Part shown: piece by piece, positions 55,363-64,000 of the stretch
Position numbering within the stretch: position 1 is the first letter of the stretch
How the letters are laid out: the number at the start of each line of letters is the position of its first letter
NCBI GenBank assembly: GCA_027923505.1
Contig: BROI01000014.1
Location: 558,001 to 622,000 of the forward strand
Reading direction: 5' to 3'
Length of the DNA stretch: 64,000 nt
DNA from: Mayamaea pseudoterrestris
Taxonomy: Eukaryota
Translations under genes and position numbers: made by a program
The notes under the pieces: generated by a model
Seen by the model: only the letters and a program-made list of their open reading frames with translations
Told to the model about the DNA's origin: nothing
Database searches by the model: none

Positions 55363-55630
55363 TATGTAGCCTTTAGGTTTTGTTGATTTTCGTTTGTATG
55401 AATTCGATCCAAGAGCTTGTCCCGGCGGATTGTTCGCGGTTTGCAGAATGTGGAATGTGACGAAAATGGTTGGCGTCGGCAATAAGCGAAGAAGTACCGT
55501 TACGACTTCATGACGTTTGGATTTCACTCATCCGTCAGCCGCGAAACACGACATCGCACCTTTTCCACCATGGCGCTTCCAACGCATGCAACGATATCTC
55601 GACTCAATCTCCGGACCACCATTACGCAAC

Positions 55631-56203
55631 ATGTTGAAGACAACGATTCTATTATGTAGCTGTCTAAGACTGCATGCGTTCGCGCTTCGCCAATGGACAA
55701 GGAAGGCACACCATCGACCGGCACAACGACTGCTGCGGCCTTTGCGTTTGGACCAAAACGGCAACTCCGAGTCGATGAATAACGAAGAAGACGATATACT
55801 ATTCGAGTCAACGGTGAAAATAGACGACCATGGGTCAGACTTGACTGACCGTTTCAAATACAAGGTCAATGCCTTAATGGGTGTGTTTGATCCTCCTACC
55901 GAGACCGACAATGAGCGTACGGAAGGAAACATATTGAATGCCATGCTAAACTTTCCAGTATATTACTCTTTTAATGTTGTTGGAAGAACAAACAGTAACG
56001 AAGCTGAGAAGGATGTTTTTGTCGAGGCTGTCAAGGCGATCGTTAAGAGGAACTCGGGGAAAGAAGATGTGACGTGTTCCATCACACCGCGCGGAAATAA
56101 CTTTACCAAGGTAACTGTGGAGGCGAAAGTGGAAAGCACAGCAATCATAACTTCCATTTACAAGGAACTTGAAACGCTGGATCAAGCTGTGATGCGATTT
56201 TAA
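55631..56203 (+). CDS. DUF493/YbeD-like (ACT-fold) protein, probably plastid-targeted
   Basis: Signal peptide + HAF; LNFPVYYSFNVVG...F.KVTV...V.S...I..IY.EL...V.MRF pattern. Confidence 0.75.
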   Translation: MLKTTILLCSCLRLHAFALRQWTRKAHHRPAQRLLRPLRLDQNGNSESMNNEEDDILFESTVKIDDHGSDLTDRFKYKVNALMGVFDPPTETDNERTEGNILNAMLNFPVYYSFNVVGRTNSNEAEKDVFVEAVKAIVKRNSGKEDVTCSITPRGNNFTKVTVEAKVESTAIITSIYKELETLDQAVMRF

Positions 56204-56588
56204 GGAAGCTCAACTTTTGAAATGGCGTTTCATTTGACATCTTCTTGCGAACTCAGCACATCCGATACACATAGCATTGTAGTCAAACAATAGAACGAAG
56301 TGACTTGCGTTAATGCCTCTGTCTGATACTACCGAGTAGTTCGAGAGCGAAATGGCTGTGTGGAGAGCGCTGCAGGACATCATTAACAACTGTACCTATA
56401 CGTAGTGTCGGCAAGTTTGGACTCAAATGTCGTTCCGTTACTGTGACCCTGCGTCTTGCCCGTTGAGCTGCGCTGGCGTGCTGACGGGTATCTTCCTTCT
56501 TAATCGAGGACCACCACCCGTCGATTGAAATAGAGACAGAAACGACTTCACGCCGTGCCATCGATCACCTTGTCTAAGTAGCCTACCG

Positions 56589-58158
56589 ATGTCGTCCCCC
56601 TCATCCGAAGATGCGCCCGAGTCGGCGCATGGACAGGTAAGAAGCGTGGGTGTAAGGTGTCTGTTCCCATCGAGCTCCCATTATATGCTCGAAGACCACG
56701 AACACTCTAGTGTGTGTGTGATGCACCGTGCTGCAGCAGCAGCAGTCTCGCCGAATCTTTTAGCTTCGCCTCGATTATATCTTGTTCCGAACTTTGCGAC
56801 TGCTCCTGACTCCTGAGAGCTGCCGAAGCGCTGACATGCAAGGAGTGTAGATTAGCTTCAGGTCCTTGGCGCTGTTTGCTCTGCATTTCCTCTCCTGGCA
56901 CACGGTGTCGGACATTCCTTGGCTCGGTGCACCGAGGAATATCCTTTCGTCGGGATCCATCTCTGCGTCAACTGATAATTTTGTCGCCTGGCGGTTTGTC
57001 TTGCAATGCTTCTGACCTCATTTACTTCGCATGCTGTGTTTTAGAAGGTTCTGGAAGAAAGCGATAATGCTAACATCAAGCTGGAACATGAACCGACAAT
57101 TATGTCCATTAGTAGCGTTGGATCGATGGACTACCACAAGTCTAGCGATCGGATCCCTGTCAAGCGACCCAACAAGAAAAAGCCCAAAGATAAGCCGAAG
57201 CGACCACTGAGTGCCTACAACTTTTTCTTTAAAACGGAGCGTGGAAAGATTTTGGTAAGCAAGTACAATGACTGCAGGATTTTTTACGATTCACGATTCG
57301 ATCGACGACGATATGTTACTTATCAATCAATGTCTACCATCCAGGCTGTACTCGCAGAGCTTGACGGCGAGAATAAGGACGAGCTACCGGTAGCCGACGG
57401 ACCGCCCATGGCTAACAAAGAAGTATTGAATGACCCGAGCGACCCGGATTATCTCGACGACGAAACGATTGGCCGTTTACGAAAGGAAGGAGGCAAGGTT
57501 AGCTTTGAAGTAATTGGCAAAATCATTGGACAACGGTGGAAAAACATTGATCCTGACCGCTTACAAAAGTTCTCTGAGTTGGCTGCCGAAGACACTGATC
57601 GCTACAAGAAGGAGATGCTTCTGTACAATGGAAGGCAGGAGGAGAAGATGCGGGTCGAAGCCATGAAGCCTCCAGCGCCGACCTACACGGAAATGCAAAT
57701 GAAAAGCCAAGGCGGGTCTGCTTGCTACTCGGATTCGTCGATGGGTTATGGAGCCGTTAATGGTGGTGGATATTATGGGTATCATGAAGCGTATCAGTAT
57801 CAATACCCGAGCTCAGCAATGTACCAGTACAGTTACCCTTCCGAATCAATGTCGCAGCAGCCAATGGGCGGTTCATCGGATGCGCGAGTGCAGCAACAGC
57901 TGCAACAGCAGCAATATGCAGCTGGTCAAAATAGCTCAGGATACTATGGCGCACCGCCTGGTTATCCAATGGGCTACGGGTAAGTTTTTGCAGCAGCCAG
58001 ATATATTTCATTTTGGGCATGCCTCACTACCATACCTTTTCCTCTCCATTATCTGATCCAGAAGCGGCGCTGGGGATGGATATGGCCCACCTCCGACGCA
58101 ACCACCAAACGGATCGGACTACTATGGCAGTGGCTATGGGCATTGGGGACAGCAGTAG
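56589..58158 (+). CDS. HMG-box protein with Tyr/Gly/Gln-rich tail; exons 56589-56636, 57045-57254, 57345-57979, 58062-58158
   Basis: KPKRPLSAYNFFFKTER...KVSFEVIGKIIGQRWK...LAAEDTDRYKKEM; three frame-consistent GT..AG introns (first exon less certain). Confidence 0.85.
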
Positions 58159-58356
58159 ATACTACATATAATGTGGTGTTTAATATTACATAGCAAACTG
58201 AAGAAATTCAATCTGCAGTGAGAAATAAGACTATTGGTAGCTGTAACAAGGGAAGAAATGAATCAAATGTTTGTTTGAGGGTTATCTCGCTACTGTACTA
58301 CTAGTTTAGGAGGTATGATACGGAGGAAGGACTGCCACTAACCCCGGAGTTTGAAC

Positions 58357-58990
58357 TTTTTGTCTTCACAAAGGCAGTGCAGCTGCTGGCTGAGACTGGT
58401 GAACAGTTATCATCAATCACATCGCAGTCCACTGAGACACAAGCCAGTTTCATTTGGGTTGATTTGGGCATACACATGGCTCAAGCGCGGCAGCTGCTGG
58501 CTGAGACTGGTGTCAAGTTATCACATCACCAATCACATTGTAGTCCACTGAGACTCCCGCCAGGCATACCATCTTGTAGCGCACCTGAAATAAGGATGTT
58601 AGCACCATTCTGGCTTGATTTGGGCATACACATGGCTCAAGGTATGGGCATTTGAATGTCAAGGCATCTGCGGGCTGAGACTGGTGAGAAGTTCTCACCA
58701 ATCACATTGCAGTCTACTGAGACACCAGCCAGGCATACCATCTTGTAGCGCAGACCGAATAAAGATGTTGGCAGCATTCTGGTATGATTTGGGTGTATAT
58801 ATGGCAGGATATATGGGCAACTGAAAGTCGCGGCATCTGTGGGCTGAGACTGGTGACAACTTGTCACCAATCACATTGCAGTCTACTAGGGCATCCACCA
58901 GGCATACCATCTTGTAGCGCAGTCTGAATAATGATGTTTACACCATTCTGGCGTGATATGGGTGTATAATTGGCATGATAAATGGGTAAA
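58357..58990 (+). repeat. Short tandem cluster of repeat family B (~4 units, full units ~170-175 bp)
   Basis: gagactggtg at ~58392, 58503, 58677, 58846; caatcacattgcagtctact and ggcataccatcttgtagcgca recur; matches 39040-39480. Confidence 0.9.
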
Positions 58991-59138
58991 TGAATGGGCA
59001 TCTGCGGGAATCTTTGTTTGTACCGGTACGACGTCTGACGCAAAGGATAGGATGAGACATCGTGAGAATCTTTTATGGCATCTGCTCTGCATAACCTTGC
59101 AAGCTATTTGACAGTGCTTGTTGCTATTTGCAAATAAG

Positions 59139-60182
59139 ATGACTGACGAAAATGTAAATGCCTCTGATGGCGACTCAATGAACTCAAACGACGAAGCACT
59201 ATGCGAGATTTTGGGGATACCCTCATTGCGCGTTGACTTTGACGAGGTTTCTGAGACGGAGGCTCCAACAGCTCGGTCGCTCGACGAACTGATTCGTATG
59301 CCAGATATGGAAATGAAAAACATAACAGATCGGCATGGACTAAGAAAGCAATACGAGTCTCAGTCGTACTGCATCTTTCCAAACGAACTGAGTGTTCCAT
59401 CCGTTGTCATGCGACGATTGGCGGATGAGCTCACTTGGGGAGGCGACAAGGTCAAAGCTGACAAAAGCTACGAATCGATTAAAGTCATCAAGAATGGAGA
59501 ACTCATAGAAAGACGGACATTGACTCGGTTTGAGAACTTTGTAAATCACCATGACGACTGGATCAAGCTCAGTCGTGACTACGTACCTCGTTTGATTTCG
59601 GCGGCGCTGCAGATTCCTTTTGTCTTGTTCAAGGAGAAACTCAATTTAAAACCTCCTGGTGGAAGTGGATTTGCTCCACATGCAGATGGCCCGTCCTTGC
59701 GGGTCGCACTCGGTGCTGACGGGCCTCAGACCTTCTTGACGGTCATGGTGGCAATCGATGACATGTCAATACAAAACGGATGCCTGAGGATTGTCAAAGG
59801 GAAGTGGAACGAGTCGTGCGCTTGTCCAACAGTCGAGCCAGAAGAAGGCGGTAGCCCTGATGCTGGCGGACGAGCTGGAGCGATTCGGATGAATGCAGCA
59901 GATGCAATGGCCTTTGAAGACATCACTGTTGTCGCAGGATCGATTGTCATGTTCAATTCGTGGGTGCCTCATAGATCGTCAGCCAACCGCTCTCCTTTTC
60001 CTCGCCGGGCCGTGTTTTTTACATACAATCCAGCAAAGGAAGGTGATTTTCATGATCATTACTACGCCAAGATGACAAGGTTACGCGACGAATGGAGGTT
60101 CCGAGCGGGCGCCGGATTAGATATTGGCACTCCCGACTACGTCGATGAACTAAAAGCTTTGGAAACAGTTCCAACGAATTAG
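59139..60182 (+). CDS. Phytanoyl-CoA dioxygenase (PhyH) family 2OG-Fe(II) oxygenase
   Basis: LFKEKLNLKPPGGSGFAPHAD (HxD), VMVAIDD...NGCLRIV, GSIVMFNSWVPHRSSANRSPFPRR. Confidence 0.92.
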   Translation: MTDENVNASDGDSMNSNDEALCEILGIPSLRVDFDEVSETEAPTARSLDELIRMPDMEMKNITDRHGLRKQYESQSYCIFPNELSVPSVVMRRLADELTWGGDKVKADKSYESIKVIKNGELIERRTLTRFENFVNHHDDWIKLSRDYVPRLISAALQIPFVLFKEKLNLKPPGGSGFAPHADGPSLRVALGADGPQTFLTVMVAIDDMSIQNGCLRIVKGKWNESCACPTVEPEEGGSPDAGGRAGAIRMNAADAMAFEDITVVAGSIVMFNSWVPHRSSANRSPFPRRAVFFTYNPAKEGDFHDHYYAKMTRLRDEWRFRAGAGLDIGTPDYVDELKALETVPTN

Positions 60183-63100
60183 TTATGTGTTAACTTCTGC
60201 TTCTCTTTTCTTGGAATGCTTCTTTTCAAACTTGCAAACTCTAGCGTTGCCGTGCAAACTTAGCACGTTTAACCAATCGTGTTGCCGCGGGTCGAGACGA
60301 TCGTTAACACTCTTCACTTCAACCAGCATTGTTTCCACTCGCACCAGCAAATTATTATGAAGCAGTTGTAGACGCTCGGGAAGCGATATTTCCACGGCAC
60401 CCCCGAGGGTTTGTGGAGACGACGATGTCGAACTGGTTGCTGCCCATGAGCGATTCCGCTTGAACGAGTTTGTTGCTCCCGCATCACCCATAGAGCAACC
60501 AAGAAAGTCTTCGTCGCCTATGATCATTTGAGAACGTTTGGCCTGTATCTCGCTCTGAGACTCGACTGAAAATGACTCTCCAACAAAGTCTCCTAAGTCG
60601 ATCGTATTAAAGGAGTCGTCGTCGTTGTCGCAAGCGGAGGCTCTGATCAGCAGGAGATCTGGCATGCCGCCTCGAAAGTGACGATAGTCAAAGCACATGC
60701 ATTTGAATATTGAAGCCAGGCACTTGCCGCCCAATCCTGCTGCAATGAGCGACAATGTTCGTACTCGAGATATGTCGTCAACGGACGTCGGATCTCGATG
60801 ACCGATGCTCTGCATATATGTATGGCGGGCGACGACTGAATCGTACACCAAGTTCGATATATCCTGGTCTGTCATACATTCAAGCTTGCTAAGAAGAGCG
60901 TCAATTTTCGCCCGACGAGTCTGATAAAAGCTGTATGCCTGGAGGCCTAATTGGCCGTGACCTACGAGCAAATCCAAAGGCGACCCTTGGAAAGGTGATA
61001 TGTGAATAGTTGTATGCATCGAGTTCAAGCATATTCTACGTCCACAGCCCCAGCCCGCACCAAGTATCGGGGCTGCGCAAATGATTCGGAACAGAGAATG
61101 CACATGCGAGCCTTCGTCATGAAATCCTCGCCAGCCACCTCGCGAGTCGCCTTGCGGAAGCCGCCCCGTGTGGTAATGTTCCATCGCATGCTCTTCCACA
61201 TTCTGCGCAATCGGACTGTCTCTATCTTCGAACCCTATGTAGGCGCAGCGGAAGCCTGGGCCGTTTTCGTCGTTTACGATAGCATTAGCGACAGCCGTGT
61301 CAATTGTGGGATTCCACTCTGAGTATTTGTCAGGACGTTGCTTATGTGATGCCGCGCCATGGAGACGCAAACCAAGTTCAATTACCTCAAGGCTTGCAAT
61401 GTCTCTTAAAATTTTAGTCAGCGGTTGCTTAAGTGGTTTCGCAAGCTCCCTGGCTGAAGAAAACGGGATCGATGCGTTCGCAATGACATGGGCAACAGCA
61501 TGGTCAAAGAAAGCTTTTACTGACGCGACCTGACGGGCTTTCAACTCTTCTATTTCCGCTGGGATGCCTTTCAAGACCTGTCTTGCTCGATTTAGTAAGT
61601 GCCGATAATTTATAAACAACCGCACAAAGGCCTTGCCGCGAGTGCGTCTCGACAACAAGAGGGTAGCCAGCTCCTTGACATCCATTACCGGTATATGCGG
61701 GATGACAGACATCGTCGCGCAGCTAAACATCTTTCCAAAAAGTAAAGTTTCCAAAGCGTTAGCTGCCAGCGAGTGGTTCACCTTTTCTAGAATTGGAATA
61801 GCATCCCACAAAACGTACGACAAACTTGCATCCCACCACAAATGCCTCAGCCATGGCCTTCGCAGTTTACCAGCCAGTTCCGGACATCCGATTCTTTCAT
61901 TCTGTAATAAGAGAACGTGCATTGCGACAACGGCGACAATGGCAAGGATCTTGTGACAAGCGGAAGCAGGTGCTTCGCTGTAGATTGCAATGTCGCGTTC
62001 TATACAACTTAAAAGCAATTTGCTAACTCGATCGCAAGGCTTCCACACTGCGTGCACAAAGTCTTCTCGTCCGCATCGATGTGTTAAGTTTAAAACATCA
62101 ACGTTGTGCTCATTTATCTGTTCGAAATTGCCATTGCCAAGAGGTTGCATGCCACGAGCGAGCCGCCGTTCATTATATCTCAGTGCGTTCTCCAGCTCCA
62201 ACAGGAAATCGACATGGGCACGTAATTCTAAGCTGCCTTCAAACGCCACAAAGGATGCATGCGTGTCGAATATTTGATCATCAACATTCTTGTCGGTTTC
62301 CTCGAAAGGCATGCATCGAAACGACTTCTGAAATGGATATGAAGACAAACCAAATCGACTTTTCAAGCCAGGATACTCTGCAAAGTGCCAAGCATGGATA
62401 CCTGGAAATCGAACGCCAGCAATGGGAGAGGGCTTGGAAACGTTCAACAGACTTCTCCAACCGTTCGTTCCGTCACCACGCATGCTACCCGGTCCGCTTG
62501 TGGCGCACAAGAAGAGACGCGTGCAACGAGCCAGTGTGCGATGGGGCTCTGCGCGAAGACGAAAGCCAGCCAATAATTGGTGCATGGCGCCGTTTCCAAG
62601 TATTTGTCTGATTCTCGTCTCAACATGAGCAGTCTCGGCGACACTTGGTTCGTGTTGCGGATTTGAGCTCTTCAACACTACTCGTGCTAAACTTTGGAGG
62701 ATCACCGAGTCGACGTGCTGTTTTACGGGAAGATACGATGAGCTGCTCGCTCCAGGAAACAGAGGTCGCTGACTCTTCATTTGCTTCCAAATCGCCGTCC
62801 CTGGTGGGCAAGGTGCCATGCGCCCTCGCCGACTACCCGCCATTCGCAGCAAGACCTGTCCTCTCTCGGGATTGCTAAGAAGTGAGTCATCGACAGTCTT
62901 GCCACATTCCTCTTCTGATGAGAATCCACGAATAAATCCCTTTTCCAACAGCCGCTTTAGAACGTCACATAGATCTTGCAACGCCGACAAATGTTTGTCG
63001 ACTGCCGCAGAATCTGGCGCATCGGAGGACGATATTTGCAAATCCTTCGTAGCATAATACCTCCTATAGACGTCATCGAGTCGAAACCAAAAACCCTTTC

Positions 63101-64000
63101 TGTAAAAGAGACGACAGTACAAATGTAGGCTTCTGTCATCGTCTTCCATTTCCAAACAGGGCGTCTGTTGTAAATGTTGTGCTGGAACGACAGCAGGCAA
63201 ACTTTCACACTCAGCATTGCCTGTTAATTTGTCGCGACAAAGTATACACGTGCACACCCATGAATCGTGAACGTCGTCGTCAACAGGCAGGATATATCGT
63301 CGCGCCAACGCCAGCACCACTGACAAGTCATCTCCGCGTTCCCACTGAAAGAGCGTGTCATGCTTCGGTCCCACGCGCCAACGCGCGTCACGCATAATGA
63401 TCCAGCAAATTTCGGCCAAGTTTTGTAGGTAGGCAGATGTGAGTGGCGTGATGGGATGCTGATGAGTGGATGCAGGTGATGTTGTAGCGGTCGTTGTTGC
63501 TGCTGCTGACAAGCTGCAAATTGCTGATTCCAAAGAATCTTCTTCCAATTCAGGGTCAGCTACTAATTGATCCATTGCCGGCGTTGCCATTGGTTGGTGC
63601 GCTGGTGTTGGCGTCTTGTCGGCTCGAAACACGAGCTGATCGACCAGAAACTGTTTGTCTTTCTCCAATGCTAGGAATGATGATGGCCCTGTCGTCGAGT
63701 GCTTCGGACCTGGAGTTATTAGACTAATGAGTGGTTCATCGTCCAGATCTTCGTCATCCGAAGTGAATGATGTTTTCGTATGCAATGTCTGCATCTGCAT
63801 ATCTTTCTTCGAATTAGCGGACGCAATACTGACATCCGTGCCTGCATCATGGTCATTACTCCATTCAGTGTTCATCGCGTTCGCTTGCTGAGATAGTGAT
63901 GCGCCCGATGCAGCTGCTGCTGGTTTCATGTAGAGAAACTCGACCGAGGAATCGTCATCATTGACTGACAGTAAGTCGTCCTTTGCGTCATCGCCATGAT
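60183..64000 (-). CDS. FAN1: Fanconi-associated nuclease 1 (VRR-NUC), 5' end probably outside window
   Basis: LYCRLFYRKGFWFR, LLSRRTRGKAF.RL, NVEEHAMEHY, GWRGFHDEGS, DYRHFRGGMPDLLL, LVEVKSVNDRLDPRQHDW; frame stays open upstream of ATG 63929 to the window edge. Confidence 0.92.
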   Translation of the reverse strand, partial: HGDDAKDDLLSVNDDDSSVEFLYMKPAAAASGASLSQQANAMNTEWSNDHDAGTDVSIASANSKKDMQMQTLHTKTSFTSDDEDLDDEPLISLITPGPKHSTTGPSSFLALEKDKQFLVDQLVFRADKTPTPAHQPMATPAMDQLVADPELEEDSLESAICSLSAAATTTATTSPASTHQHPITPLTSAYLQNLAEICWIIMRDARWRVGPKHDTLFQWERGDDLSVVLALARRYILPVDDDVHDSWVCTCILCRDKLTGNAECESLPAVVPAQHLQQTPCLEMEDDDRSLHLYCRLFYRKGFWFRLDDVYRRYYATKDLQISSSDAPDSAAVDKHLSALQDLCDVLKRLLEKGFIRGFSSEEECGKTVDDSLLSNPERGQVLLRMAGSRRGRMAPCPPGTAIWKQMKSQRPLFPGASSSSYLPVKQHVDSVILQSLARVVLKSSNPQHEPSVAETAHVETRIRQILGNGAMHQLLAGFRLRAEPHRTLARCTRLFLCATSGPGSMRGDGTNGWRSLLNVSKPSPIAGVRFPGIHAWHFAEYPGLKSRFGLSSYPFQKSFRCMPFEETDKNVDDQIFDTHASFVAFEGSLELRAHVDFLLELENALRYNERRLARGMQPLGNGNFEQINEHNVDVLNLTHRCGREDFVHAVWKPCDRVSKLLLSCIERDIAIYSEAPASACHKILAIVAVVAMHVLLLQNERIGCPELAGKLRRPWLRHLWWDASLSYVLWDAIPILEKVNHSLAANALETLLFGKMFSCATMSVIPHIPVMDVKELATLLLSRRTRGKAFVRLFINYRHLLNRARQVLKGIPAEIEELKARQVASVKAFFDHAVAHVIANASIPFSSARELAKPLKQPLTKILRDIASLEVIELGLRLHGAASHKQRPDKYSEWNPTIDTAVANAIVNDENGPGFRCAYIGFEDRDSPIAQNVEEHAMEHYHTGRLPQGDSRGGWRGFHDEGSHVHSLFRIICAAPILGAGWGCGRRICLNSMHTTIHISPFQGSPLDLLVGHGQLGLQAYSFYQTRRAKIDALLSKLECMTDQDISNLVYDSVVARHTYMQSIGHRDPTSVDDISRVRTLSLIAAGLGGKCLASIFKCMCFDYRHFRGGMPDLLLIRASACDNDDDSFNTIDLGDFVGESFSVESQSEIQAKRSQMIIGDEDFLGCSMGDAGATNSFKRNRSWAATSSTSSSPQTLGGAVEISLPERLQLLHNNLLVRVETMLVEVKSVNDRLDPRQHDWLNVLSLHGNARVCKFEKKHSKKREAEVNT

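Noticed and set aside
348..63891. Many short antisense or nested ORFs in the track (e.g. 5543-6112, 11696-12175, 33810-34262, 62081-62611)
   Set aside because: They overlap well-supported genes on another frame or strand and carry no motifs; expected shadow ORFs
710..64000. DNA-repair gene cluster (MUS81, zf-PARP protein, FAN1)
   Set aside because: The genes are 20-40 kb apart among unrelated housekeeping genes

Overview
Gene-dense eukaryotic nuclear DNA, most consistent with a pennate diatom. The evidence is bipartite plastid-targeting 'AFAP/AFT' presequences, a fucoxanthin-type LHC gene, short GT-AG introns and very short intergenic spaces. About 29 protein genes are supported, including MUS81, roadblock LC7, TFIIS, LHC, an ARL8-like GTPase, a RibD-like protein, a flavin amine oxidase, proteasome beta1, DCP2, a DENND4-like protein, organellar PheRS, HlyIII/PAQR, an ArsS-type radical SAM enzyme, PIG-P, two bZIPs, BUD20, an HMG-box protein, PhyH and FAN1. 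Three things stand out. (1) A minus-strand bZIP has its stop codon inside a 72-nt non-GT-AG segment bounded by two stem-loops with CNG|CNGN 7-nt loops. Removing the segment appends an in-frame acidic tail, which is the IRE1/HAC1/XBP1 unconventional-splicing signature. The gene sits head-to-head with a paralogous bZIP across a promoter carrying CRE/UPRE-like motifs. (2) An ~11-kb array of ~31 x 347-bp satellite units carries one long palindrome every ~170-177 bp, with compensatory substitutions. It is bracketed by an inverted copy and by a related ~170-bp palindrome repeat that is also dispersed elsewhere in the window. (3) A Use1-like ER SNARE carries a long ankyrin-repeat extension after its transmembrane helix. 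All calls come from reading the sequence by eye; no searches or folding programs were run.
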